Under the pieces are notes generated by a model. The model did not search any database. It was given only the letters and a program-made list of their open reading frames with translations, and had not been told where the DNA came from. A DNA stretch of 32,000 nucleotides from Dickeya solani IPO 2222 (lineage in GTDB: Bacteria > Pseudomonadota > Gammaproteobacteria > Enterobacterales > Enterobacteriaceae). A program made the position numbers and the translations under genes. Location of the stretch: NCBI RefSeq assembly GCF_001644705.1, contig NZ_CP015137.1:4380001-4412000 (forward strand), given 5' to 3'. Of this stretch, positions 18,452 to 27,457 are shown piece after piece. Within the stretch, counting starts at the first letter, position 1; each line of letters starts with the position of its first letter.

Positions 18452-19207
18452 ATGCTGACCACGCAGCGTAAACAGCGGATTCTGGAACAACTGGCGGCCG
18501 AAGGGCAGGTGCTGGCGAAACAATTGAGCGAGGCGTTTGGCGTATCGGAAGATACCATCCGGCGTGATTTGCGGGAGCTGGCCAGCGAGGGCCGATTGCA
18601 GCGGGTACATGGCGGTGCGCTGCCCGCGTCCGGCACGGTGGTCAGCGTTGACGCGCGCAGCCGGATGGCGATAGGCGCCAAGCATCAACTGGCGCGGGCC
18701 GCGGCCTCCCTGATCCTGCCGGGGCAGGTGGTGATGATTGATGGCGGCACTACCAGCGGCGAGCTGGTGAAATGCCTGCCGCTTACGCTGACCGCCACGG
18801 TGGTGACCCACAGCCCCAGTGTGGCGGTGGCGTTGGTAAACCATCCCGGTATTGAGGTGGTGTTGATTGGCGGGCGCCTCTACAAGCACTCCCTGGTGGC
18901 GGTAGGTGCCGCCGCGGTGGAAGCGTTGGCGACGATTCGGGCCGACGTATTTTTCATGGGGGTGACCGGGGTGCATCCGCAGGCGGGGTTCAGTACCGGC
19001 GATCTGGAAGAGGCGTACATCAAGCGGGCGCTGGCGGCGCGCGCGGCGGAAACCGTTGTCATGGCGACGCAGGATAAGCTGAATGTAGCCTCCCGCTATG
19101 CGATTGGCGAATTAGCTATGGCCAGCACGCTGATTGTGGAATCCACCGTTCCTGATGAGATTACCGCGCCTTTTACACAGGCCGGATTAAGTCTTATTCG
19201 GGCTTAG
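18452..19207 (+). CDS. DeoR/GlpR-family transcriptional regulator
   Basis: From ATG 18452 (GGAG 7 nt upstream) it reads MLTTQRKQRILEQLAAEGQVLAKQLSEAFGVSEDTIRRDLRELA (HTH), followed by a DeoR C-terminal sensor domain. The ORF-track start is 18431. Confidence 0.9.
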   Translation: MLTTQRKQRILEQLAAEGQVLAKQLSEAFGVSEDTIRRDLRELASEGRLQRVHGGALPASGTVVSVDARSRMAIGAKHQLARAAASLILPGQVVMIDGGTTSGELVKCLPLTLTATVVTHSPSVAVALVNHPGIEVVLIGGRLYKHSLVAVGAAAVEALATIRADVFFMGVTGVHPQAGFSTGDLEEAYIKRALAARAAETVVMATQDKLNVASRYAIGELAMASTLIVESTVPDEITAPFTQAGLSLIRA

Positions 19208-19314
19208 ACGCGGTAATAAGACGTGCCGCCGTCATTCCCCCAAGCGTGATTAGCGCGGGAGATAACGTGCAGAAACGTGCACAAAGGCGGATTATGCGTG
19301 GGTCCAAACGCCGA

Positions 19315-20256
19315 CTATCGCCGTTCAGGTAAAGGGCGTGCAGGCGTGAACCATTGAAACTCGCCCGCCAGTTGGCTGAGCGTTTCACGCACCAGACGAA
19401 TCGCGCTGTCACGGATGACGGTCGGCCGGAATCCCAGTTCGATGGCGTAATCCGGCATGGACAATGGGCACGGTAAGCACCGCAGATGCGGCGCGCGGGC
19501 CGCGATGGCCTGAGCGGCGTGGGTGGGCAGCGTAGCCAGCAGGGTGTCATCCTGCAACAGCCAGGGAATCGCGGCGAAATGGGTGGTGGAAACGGCAATA
19601 CGCCGGCTGAGCCCCTGTTCCGCCAGCTGTTCATCCACCAGCCCGATATGCCCGCCGTGCGAGATCAACAGGTGCGGCGTTTGAATAAATCGCTCCAGCG
19701 ACAGCGCGGTCACGTCACGAGCCACCAGGCAGGCATAACCACCGCTGGCGACCTGTACCTTCGAGAGCGAACGGTAGCTGAAGCCGCCTGCCGTCAGCGC
19801 CAGATCCAGTTCGTGCCGCAGCAGCAGGTCCGCCGCGATCTGGCTGTGGGCCTGCCGAAACACCAGCCGCAATCCCGGCGCTCGCTGTTGCAGGCGGGCA
19901 ATCAGCGTTTGCCCCAGCGCCAGTTCAAAATCATCCGACAGCCCCAGGGTTACGGTACGGCCGGCATACGCCTGCGGGTTGGGTTGCAGTAGCGTCAGCG
20001 TTTCACGGCATTTGTTGAGCGCATCGCTGACCAGCGGTTGCAGCTCGTGCGCCCGCGGCGTCGGCATCAGTCCCCGGCCGGTGCGCACGAACAGCGGGTC
20101 GCCGTACCACTGCTTCAGCCGTTTCAACGCCGCGCTGACGGCGGACTGGGTGATGCCGAGGCGTAACCCGGCGCGGCTGGCGCTGCCTTCCTCGTATAAC
20201 GCTTCAAAGGTCTTGAGCAGGTTTAAATCCAGACTGCTGATATTTATTTCATTCAT
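19315..20256 (-). CDS. LysR-family transcriptional regulator
   Basis: N-terminal HTH is [40 protein letters not shown]. Divergent from the nitrilase gene. Start at 20256, or 20283 per the ORF track. Confidence 0.9.
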   Translation of the reverse strand: MNEINISSLDLNLLKTFEALYEEGSASRAGLRLGITQSAVSAALKRLKQWYGDPLFVRTGRGLMPTPRAHELQPLVSDALNKCRETLTLLQPNPQAYAGRTVTLGLSDDFELALGQTLIARLQQRAPGLRLVFRQAHSQIAADLLLRHELDLALTAGGFSYRSLSKVQVASGGYACLVARDVTALSLERFIQTPHLLISHGGHIGLVDEQLAEQGLSRRIAVSTTHFAAIPWLLQDDTLLATLPTHAAQAIAARAPHLRCLPCPLSMPDYAIELGFRPTVIRDSAIRLVRETLSQLAGEFQWFTPARPLPERR

Positions 20257-20357
20257 ATCAATCAACAACGAAATGGGCTTCATTCAACTCAGCGGAACGG
20301 GCAGCATATCACTATCGCTGGCCCGTCGGGCCATCTCAACTGACCGGAGAACACACT

Positions 20358-21284
20358 ATGGCGACATCGGTGGTGGCGGCATTGCAAATCGGGAGTTCAC
20401 CTGCCGGCAAGGTGGCGACGCTGGAAGCGATTCTGGCATGGGAAGAAGACATTGCGCGTAGCGGCGCGAAGTTGGTGGTGATGCCGGAGGCGCTATTAGG
20501 TGGATACCCGAAGGGCGAGATGTTCGGCACCTATCTGGGCTATCGCCTGCCGCAAGGGCGCGAGGCGTTTGCACAGTATTACCACAATGCCGTCGATCTG
20601 GATGGCGAAGAGTGCGCGGCGCTGGCAGCGTTGTCGGCCCGCACCGGCGCCACGCTAGTGGTGGGCGCCATTGAACGCGACGGCAACACCTTATACTGCA
20701 CGGCGTTGTTTTTCACGCCGGAAGCCGGGCTGGCGGGCAAGCACCGCAAGCTGATGCCCACCGGCACCGAGCGGCTGATCTGGGGACAGGGCGATGGTTC
20801 CACGCTGACGGTGCTGGATTCGCCGGTGGGTAAAATCGGCGCGGCGATCTGTTGGGAAAACCACATGCCGCTGCTGCGTATGGCGATGTACGGCAAAGGG
20901 GTACAGGTGTGGTGCGCACCGACGGTGGACGAGCGCGACATCTGGCACGCCTCGATGCGGCATATCGCCCACGAAGGGCGCTGCTTCGTGATTACCGCCT
21001 GCCAGGTGCAACCGTCGCCGGCCGCGTTGGGCATTGAGGTGCCCGGCTGGGATCCGCAACGGCCGCTGATCAACGGCGGCAGCCTGATCGTCGATCCGCT
21101 GGGCAACGTACTGGCCGGGCCGCTGACCGGTCAGGCTGGTTTACTGACGGCGGAAATCGACGCCGACCTGCTGGTCGGCGCCCGTTACGATCTGGATGTG
21201 GTCGGCCACTACGCCCGGCCGGATGTGTTCTCGCTGACGGTGGATGAGCGTGAGCGGAGAACGGTGAGGTATAGGGGGGATTAG
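20358..21284 (+). CDS. Nitrilase / carbon-nitrogen hydrolase
   Basis: The E-K-C triad contexts are [18 protein letters not shown] and [15 protein letters not shown] lies 9 nt upstream of the ATG. Confidence 0.9.
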   Translation: MATSVVAALQIGSSPAGKVATLEAILAWEEDIARSGAKLVVMPEALLGGYPKGEMFGTYLGYRLPQGREAFAQYYHNAVDLDGEECAALAALSARTGATLVVGAIERDGNTLYCTALFFTPEAGLAGKHRKLMPTGTERLIWGQGDGSTLTVLDSPVGKIGAAICWENHMPLLRMAMYGKGVQVWCAPTVDERDIWHASMRHIAHEGRCFVITACQVQPSPAALGIEVPGWDPQRPLINGGSLIVDPLGNVLAGPLTGQAGLLTAEIDADLLVGARYDLDVVGHYARPDVFSLTVDERERRTVRYRGD

Positions 21285-21300
21285 GGTGTAAATAGTGTGA

Positions 21301-21321
21301 TTGAATCTGGCGATGAGGGTG
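21301..21321. repeat. Distal att-like direct repeat (ttgaatctggcgatgagggtg) matching the tRNA-Ser 3' end
   Basis: Matches 24126-24146 (tttaatctggcggtgagggag) at 18 of 21 positions. It lies 17 nt after the nitrilase stop, where GC content drops. Confidence 0.65.
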
Positions 21322-21440
21322 TATTTTGAATTCTCGGGATTGATTATTTATCCATTTTAAATTAATGGATGGTGGTGCCACTTTTGGTTAGGGCAGGCTT
21401 TAACCTGCTCTAGTGAAGAAGCGAACGAGTGAATCGTTTA

Positions 21441-21824
21441 TTATGTGCGACGACGGTCATCGATTTCTTCGGCATATAACTTTTGAGCTTTTTCTGCTAC
21501 TGAGTTCAGTAGTGATTCGAGCGTAACGTTAGCTGTTTGAATCTGCTCTTCGGTTATTGTGTGACCATTCATTGGATGAATAACCAGATCATTGATGCTA
21601 CCCATTCCACCAAATGACGACAAAATACCTTCAATACCTCTGAAGTCGGACCCGCGGATTAATTCAGCATTTTTTTTAAACCAATGAGCCCAATGTTTCT
21701 CACCTACTGATAGTAGAAAATCTATAAGTACCGGAAGGTCTTGGGATAATGCCTCGACATCTGGATGCGTATAACACCTAACTAGCTCTATTAAATAGTA
21801 AACCTCGCTAGGGGAACTCAGCAC
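21441..21824 (-). CDS. Hypothetical small helical protein, 127 aa, with FGGMGSINDL motif
   Basis: Taken from the ORF track, with a GTG start. A 127-codon open frame in about 38% GC DNA is unlikely by chance. It resembles small proteins with a FGGMGS(L/F)NDLV core that I recall as a DUF family, but I cannot confirm this. Confidence 0.6.
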   Translation of the reverse strand: MLSSPSEVYYLIELVRCYTHPDVEALSQDLPVLIDFLLSVGEKHWAHWFKKNAELIRGSDFRGIEGILSSFGGMGSINDLVIHPMNGHTITEEQIQTANVTLESLLNSVAEKAQKLYAEEIDDRRRT

Positions 21825-21939
21825 TAATTGATAGATTTGATAATCACTAAATATTCAAAATCATCGATCGTGCTGAGTGCTGCGGATCATAGCATTAATA
21901 AATACCCGTCCTGTAGTTTGAGGTCATGAATCATGTTAT

Positions 21940-22050
21940 TGAGGGGGGTTGCAGGCGGAGGTATGTCGGCCCGACCGGGATTGACTCGCGCGGAGCGCTC
22001 GCCCTGCGGCGGTCCAAAACGGCAAGCCGTTTTGTCGAACCCTCGATACT
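21940..22050. other. GC-rich (about 70%) structured element inside the AT-rich islet; possible ncRNA or att relic
   Basis: Perfect 9-bp hairpin caaaacggc aa gccgttttg (22015-22034). The adjacent 15-mer tcgaaccctcgatac (22035-22049) is identical to tRNA-Ser 24151-24165. No convincing ORF. Confidence 0.4.
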
Positions 22051-22133
22051 AATCGTCAATCAGTAACCAACTGATTTTATTGCGATAACTATTGCAATAA
22101 ATTTTACTTCTGTACCACTTATCTGTACCACAT

Positions 22134-22643
22134 CTATAGCACAAAAAGCCTTTCATAAAGCTGTTCGAATGTGTCTACTCTGGTAAAGCTCCCCTTCGGC
22201 AATTGTCTGATCATCGGGCGTTCAAGCTTCTTACCATCTGCATTTCCCTTGGTGTGCTTGGCAACTTTATCCCCGAGAGAAGGTAATTTTTCACCCGGAG
22301 CCCCGCCAAAGAATAGATAATGGTCAACTTGCAGTGACACATCATCAAAGAACATCCACACAACACATCCAGACGGTTTTGAGGACAACGATTGGTGGAT
22401 TTTCTGGTTGGCAGCTTTTCCGCCCTGCTTGGTCGACTTCAGTTGAATATGCCGTAAGATCCCCTCAGCTTCAACGATGAGGTCATACCCTTTACTATCC
22501 ACCTCAGACTTTGCCACCTCGATGTCACAACACCCTGTTTTCCAAGATTTCTTGAGTAGCTCCGCAATGAATAGATGCTCTAGCAATTTTTCCCGGAAAG
22601 AAGAATGCGAAGAGTGAAGGCTGTCATCTACTTCTTGTTCCAT
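22134..22643 (-). CDS. PD-(D/E)xK-like (DUF4365-like) nuclease-fold protein, hypothetical
   Basis: Motif string EHLFIAELLKK ... SKGYDLIVEAEGILRHIQLKS fits an E / D / (E/Q)xK nuclease core. Start Met at 22643 is preferred. The ORF-track TTG start at 22679 lies inside the IS terminal repeat. Confidence 0.6.
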   Translation of the reverse strand: MEQEVDDSLHSSHSSFREKLLEHLFIAELLKKSWKTGCCDIEVAKSEVDSKGYDLIVEAEGILRHIQLKSTKQGGKAANQKIHQSLSSKPSGCVVWMFFDDVSLQVDHYLFFGGAPGEKLPSLGDKVAKHTKGNADGKKLERPMIRQLPKGSFTRVDTFEQLYERLFVL

Positions 22644-22675
22644 GTGATCCCTACTTTTATAGGTCATTGTAGTGG

Positions 22676-23416
<741 letters not shown>

Positions 23417-23536
23417 TTAACGCCACCCGTGTGCCATCAGGTTTCTTTGGCTGCCGCCAGTATTTATAAATGCTGCGATGAACCCCAAACACGTTGCCCA
23501 TAACGGCAACAGGAAACCGCGCCCTGAGTTTCTCAA

Positions 23537-23846
23537 CTAATGAGAACTGTTCAGGGAGTCTGACATCAAGAATGCGGTAGCCTTTTTCAATATATATCTT
23601 TATATTTCAATGCGTTGAAGTCTCTTCTTCAATTCGCGTATTTCAATCTGTTCAGGTGTCATTGGTGATGCGATGGGGGATTTTCCCGCTCGCTCTTCTT
23701 TCAACTGCCGGACCCACTTATCCATCGTGGATTTACCGACATTCATTGCCGTAGCAGCGGCGGCAACGGTGTAATGCTGATCGAGTACGCTGGGCAGCTT
23801 CGAGGCGAAACTCGGGGCTAAAATTGCTCCTAATACGTCCGGTCAT
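23537..23846 (-). pseudogene. IS3-family OrfA (HTH), frameshifted with a premature stop
   Basis: Reads [19 protein letters not shown], then shifts frame. The expected [32 protein letters not shown] is in another frame. RIEI-stop replaces the expected RIEMENEILKKA. The slippery site is reduced to A5G. Confidence 0.8.
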
Positions 23847-23930
23847 AATGTCACCTGTTTTTGACTATGAGGCGATGATATCACCTCTATTCAGGTGGCC
23901 AAATTAACGATGCCACTACAACTGGTTGTT

Positions 23931-24017
23931 AAGCAAAGGACATAGTTCTTTGGGGATGACAACGCGGGCATACCACATGCCATTACGGTTCTGGATTAGG
24001 TTGCTAATAGACCTCAT
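23931..24017 (-). pseudogene. Tyrosine integrase 5' stub (29 codons) truncated by the IS
   Basis: GAGGTGG RBS, then MRSISNLIQNRNGMWYARVVIPKELCPLLNNQ. This is a typical integrase N-terminal arm-binding pattern. It ends exactly at the IS end (23930) and lies next to the tRNA 3' end. Confidence 0.65.
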
Positions 24018-24097
24018 TTTGTACCACCTCGGAAGTGCCGGGATGGAAGGGTTGATCACAAAATCGCTATGAAATCAGGAAGTTTTTGACCTATAAA

Positions 24098-24128
24098 GAA
24101 AAACCCCCGCTCGAAAGCAGGGGTTTTT
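24098..24128 (-). terminator. Terminator hairpin immediately 3' of tRNA-Ser
   Basis: The minus strand reads aaaaacccctgctttcgagcgggggttttt. The stem is flanked by a U-run and begins 4 nt after the tRNA CCA end. Confidence 0.7.
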
Positions 24129-24132
24129 AATC

Positions 24133-24222
24133 TGGCGGTGAGGGAGGGATTCGAACCCTCGATACGTTTTCACGTATACACACTTTCCAGGCGTGCTCCT
24201 TCAGCCACTCGGACACCTCACC
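24133..24222 (-). tRNA. serX: tRNA-Ser (anticodon GGA), CCA-encoded, long variable arm
   Basis: The reverse complement is GGTGAGGTGTCCGAGTGGCTGAAGGAGCACGCCTGGAAAGTGTGTATACGTGAAAACGTATCGAGGGTTCGAATCCCTCCCTCACCGCCA. Acceptor GGTGAGG/CCTCACC, anticodon loop CUGGAAA, T-loop GGTTCGAAT. Near-identical to E. coli serW/serX. The symbol was chosen from the ycdX neighbourhood. Confidence 0.95.
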
Positions 24223-24253
24223 GGTTCGTTGCCGTCGGGGGCAACGGGGCGCT

Positions 24254-24282
24254 ACTCTAGGGAAAATCCGCTGCAGCGTCAA
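24254..24282 (-). promoter_or_regulatory. Sigma70 promoter of tRNA-Ser with a GC-rich discriminator
   Basis: The minus strand reads TTGACG (24282-24277), a 17-bp spacer, TAGAGT (24259-24254), then agcgcccc. This is about 25 nt upstream of the mature 5' end. Confidence 0.6.
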
Positions 24283-24498
24283 CACACTTCTTTCATAAAA
24301 ACGTGCATTTAGCCAAACTTAGCGCAATCTGCTGCTTTACTCGCCAGTCCGTCTTGTCGGCCCGTAGTCCGGGTGTGCAACGAACGAGGCGGCGTATGTT
24401 TCACTTCTGTTAATTTGCAGTTATTGCGCCGATGCCTCGGCTGTGTCGGTGCAGGATAAATGCTATGCTGGCTTATCAATGTCGAGTCAGGAGAAACC

Positions 24499-25236
24499 AT
24501 GTATCCCGTCGATTTACACATGCACACCGTCGCCAGTACCCACGCCTACAGCACCCTGCATGACTACGTGGCCGAAGCCAAAGCCAAACAGATCCGCCTG
24601 TTTGCCATTACCGATCACGGCCCGGATATGGCGGATGCGCCGCACTACTGGCACTTCATCAATATGCGCGTCTGGCCGCGTGTCGTGGACGGCATCGGCA
24701 TCCTGCGCGGCATTGAAGCCAACATCAAGAATCTGGCGGGCGATATTGATTGCACCGGACCGATGCTGGATTGCATGGATCTGGTTATCGCCGGTTTCCA
24801 CGAGCCGGTGTTTCCTCCGGCGGACCGCGATACCCATACCGAAGCGATGATTGCCGCGATGGCGCAGGGCGCGGTGCATATCATCAGCCATCCCGGCAAC
24901 CCGAAGTTCCCGATCGATATCCGTGCGGTTGCGCAGGCCGCCGCCAAATACAACGTGGCGCTGGAACTGAATAACTCGTCTTTTACCCATTCTCGTCAGG
25001 GCAGCGAGTCGAATTGCCGTGCGGTGGCCGAAGCGGTGCGTGATGCCGGTGGTTATCTGGCGCTGGGGTCGGATTCGCATATCGCCTGGTCGCTGGGCGA
25101 ATTTCCGCATTGTGAACGCATTATGCGGGACGTTGATTTTCCGCAGGATCGCGTGTTGAATGTCAGCCCGCGCCGGGTGCTGGATTTTCTGGAACTGCGC
25201 GGGAAACCCGCGATCCCGGAGTTTGCGAATTTGTGA
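24499..25236 (+). CDS. ycdX: PHP-family zinc phosphoesterase YcdX
   Basis: From ATG 24499 (AGGAGA upstream) it reads [24 protein letters not shown]...FAITDHGP...ISHPGNP. 245 aa, as in E. coli YcdX. Confidence 0.95.
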   Translation: MYPVDLHMHTVASTHAYSTLHDYVAEAKAKQIRLFAITDHGPDMADAPHYWHFINMRVWPRVVDGIGILRGIEANIKNLAGDIDCTGPMLDCMDLVIAGFHEPVFPPADRDTHTEAMIAAMAQGAVHIISHPGNPKFPIDIRAVAQAAAKYNVALELNNSSFTHSRQGSESNCRAVAEAVRDAGGYLALGSDSHIAWSLGEFPHCERIMRDVDFPQDRVLNVSPRRVLDFLELRGKPAIPEFANL

Positions 25237-25282
25237 CATTGTCACCTAAGCGCGCCGTCATGTCTTTTTACAGGTTGATGAG

Positions 25283-25861
25283 ATGAATGAATTTTCCGTG
25301 GTGTGCCGCATTCTCGGCACCCTGTTTAACCGCCCGCCGCAGGACCCGCTGATGGCGCCGTTATTTAACCTGATTGCGCAAGGCAAGCTGGCGCAGCAAT
25401 GGCCGCTGGCGCAGGACGAGCTGATGGCGCGCTGGCAGCACAGCGTTGATTTGCCGGCGATGGGCGCTGATTATGAGGCATTGTTCGGCGCGCAGCCGGC
25501 GGTGCCGCCGCACCGTTCCAGTTGGGACCCGGCAGCGCAAGAGGCCGAAGTGCGCGCGTTTTTGCAACAGCGCGGCATGCCGCTGGGAGACGGGCCGGTA
25601 GACCATTTTGGCGCCTTGCTGCTGGCTGCGTCCTGGCTGGAAGATCAGGCGCAGGAAGATGAAACCGCCGCGCAGTCGGCGTTTTTCGATCGCTATCTGC
25701 TGGCGTGGAGCGATCGTTTTCTGGGCAAGGTGGAAAGCCATGCCACCACCGCGTTTTATCGCACACTGGCGATCATTTGCCGTGAAGCGTTGGAAGCAAT
25801 GCGCGATGAGCTGGCGGAAGCGGAAGACGACGAGACGGATGACGAGGCGTCTGAAGAGTGA
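25283..25861 (+). CDS. ycdY: TorD-family chaperone YcdY
   Basis: Reads MNEFSVVCRILGTLFNRPPQDPL...LLLAASWLEDQ...HATTAFYRTLA with an acidic tail. Colinear with E. coli YcdY. Confidence 0.9.
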   Translation: MNEFSVVCRILGTLFNRPPQDPLMAPLFNLIAQGKLAQQWPLAQDELMARWQHSVDLPAMGADYEALFGAQPAVPPHRSSWDPAAQEAEVRAFLQQRGMPLGDGPVDHFGALLLAASWLEDQAQEDETAAQSAFFDRYLLAWSDRFLGKVESHATTAFYRTLAIICREALEAMRDELAEAEDDETDDEASEE

Positions 25862-25890
25862 AAAACGGGTGGCGAATGCCACCCGTTTTT
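25861..25890. terminator. Bidirectional rho-independent terminator between ycdY and yceB
   Basis: aaaacgggtggc gaat gccacccgtttt: a 12-bp stem flanked by A and T runs. Confidence 0.85.
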
Positions 25891-25892
25891 GC

Positions 25893-26456
25893 TTAATCGG
25901 TCAACATGATAACCAGTTGGCCGGGTTTCACTTCGATGCCTTTGGCCAGTTTCTTCGCCAGCGCTTCTTTGTTGTTGCGCTCCGGATTCAACACGTAGGC
26001 GGGTTTCTGGTCAAAGTAGCTTTTCAACGACTGATTCAGGTAGGGCGTCAGCGTTTGCAGCACCGTTTGTAATTTTTCCGGCTGAACGCTGTAATCCACC
26101 AGCTCCATGTCTTTCAGATAGATGGCGCCTTCTTCCTTGTTGAACACCGGCTGGGCTTTGAGCGTCAGTTTCATGTCCGCCTGCTGTTTACCCAGCAGCG
26201 AACTGATATCGACCTTGGCGTTGCCGCTCAGCGTCACTTTGCCGGGTTCCGCTCGGCCAATCTGGCTGGTCAGCTCGGTCAGCGTGATTTGCGCATCCAG
26301 CACGCCGGGAACGCCCAGTTGCTTCTGGTAGTCATTATGCTGCTGTAAATACTGATTAATTTCCTGCTCGCTCAGGCTGTATTGCGCCAATTGGTTACAG
26401 CCGCTTACCAGCAGCGTGCCCAGCAGCGCCAGAGCGGCCAGTCCCGATTTTTTCAT
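25893..26456 (-). CDS. yceB: Lipoprotein YceB (DUF1439)
   Basis: Lipobox LLVSGC. Contains NQLAQYSLSEQEINQYL...LAKKLAKGIEVKPGQLVIMLTD, colinear with E. coli YceB. Confidence 0.92.
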   Translation of the reverse strand: MKKSGLAALALLGTLLVSGCNQLAQYSLSEQEINQYLQQHNDYQKQLGVPGVLDAQITLTELTSQIGRAEPGKVTLSGNAKVDISSLLGKQQADMKLTLKAQPVFNKEEGAIYLKDMELVDYSVQPEKLQTVLQTLTPYLNQSLKSYFDQKPAYVLNPERNNKEALAKKLAKGIEVKPGQLVIMLTD

Positions 26457-26594
26457 TGTTATAACCTCTTGTTTTCCATGATTCCCTCGCCGGGCGAGGG
26501 ATGCCGGCAGGGTGCGTTATTCCGGCGATATCGCCAATCGGAATAGGCCTAAACGCCGCCGTCAGCCGGTAGTGATGGCGGCAACAACAAGGGG

Positions 26595-27242
26595 CTATTG
26601 CGCCTGTTCGATCAGCAGGTCGATGTCGGCGTTCTGAGACAGGGTGTCGCAGTAGGCGGCGACGGCCGCCGGGACATTGACATCAGCGATGATGGTCAGC
26701 GAGCGCAGCAGGGCGAACAGATTGATGTCATCCAGCGATAGCTTGCCGTTGCAAGCCTGCGGCGAAACAATCAGCGGTGCCAGCGCTTGCAGGTCGCCTT
26801 CCAGTTGGCCGATCAGCGCGCCCGTCTGGCTGAAGTGGGTATCGAAGCTGCCGATTTGCCCCTCTTTCTTGTGAATAAAGTAGTTGCGGCCGGCGTCGGT
26901 GGCGAACTCTTCGAAATCGGCGCGGGAGAAGCGTGGAATCAGCAGGCGCGGCGCGTATTCATACACGCGGCGAATCCAGGCGTCGATAGCCGAGTTGGTC
27001 GGGCCGGTCAGTACCGGTTTGCCGTCCAGCGCGTCGATGTATTTCACAATATCCAGGCTTTCCGGCATGTAGCTGCCGTCCTCTTTTTGCAGAATCGGCA
27101 CCATTTTCTGACCGACCATCGAAATCGGCGTGGCTTCATCCTCGTTGGACAACACGGATACTTCCACCGGCAACTGTTTCAGGCCGAAAATCATGCGTGC
27201 CTTTACGCAGAAAGGACAATGTTCATAGACAAACAGTTTCAT
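26595..27242 (-). CDS. grxB: Glutaredoxin 2
   Basis: From the Met at 27242 (GAGGAG upstream) it reads MKLFVYEHCPFCVKARMIFGLKQLPVEV (CPFC active site). Colinear with E. coli GrxB. Confidence 0.95.
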   Translation of the reverse strand: MKLFVYEHCPFCVKARMIFGLKQLPVEVSVLSNEDEATPISMVGQKMVPILQKEDGSYMPESLDIVKYIDALDGKPVLTGPTNSAIDAWIRRVYEYAPRLLIPRFSRADFEEFATDAGRNYFIHKKEGQIGSFDTHFSQTGALIGQLEGDLQALAPLIVSPQACNGKLSLDDINLFALLRSLTIIADVNVPAAVAAYCDTLSQNADIDLLIEQAQ

Positions 27243-27341
27243 ACCGGAACTCCTCGGGTTGAACGGCGCCGTATCGGGCGCTACCGTGATCATGATGTCG
27301 TGCGGGATTATCTATCGTCAGCGTCGGCTCGTCCATGTGCA

Positions 27342-27370
27342 ATGTCCGTAGCAACACATGTCCGTAGCAA
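27342..27370. repeat. Direct repeat atgtccgtagcaa x2, period 16
   Basis: Exact 13-mers at 27342-27354 and 27358-27370, in the grxB-mdtH spacer. Confidence 0.7.
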
Positions 27371-27404
27371 TAAGTGTGTGCCGCAACAGTTGGACATTGA
27401 CGAT

Positions 27405-27430
27405 AAAAACGGGGCGACGATGCGCCCCGT
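27405..27430 (-). terminator. Rho-independent terminator of mdtH
   Basis: The minus strand reads acggggcg catcgt cgccccgt ttttt. It begins 28 nt after the mdtH stop. Confidence 0.8.
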
Positions 27431-27457
27431 GCGGTGATGAAGTCTGAACTCGCGTGA

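Noticed and set aside
21777-21785. Apparent extra A (cct-a-aac) that would frameshift the 127-aa ORF in my hand translation
   Set aside because: The supplied ORF track reads through with consistent coordinates on both sides. I treat this as my own counting error rather than a real frameshift.
22035-22049. The 15-mer tRNA match as the true attR of the islet
   Set aside because: A displaced att copy should be followed, towards lower coordinates, by the original tRNA 3' end (…gagggagggat). Instead a hairpin and unrelated GC-rich sequence follow. The 18/21 repeat at 21301-21321 fits the boundary better.
24309-24527. 72-aa minus-strand ORF between tRNA-Ser and ycdX
   Set aside because: It overlaps the ycdX start and promoter region and has no RBS or recognisable motif.
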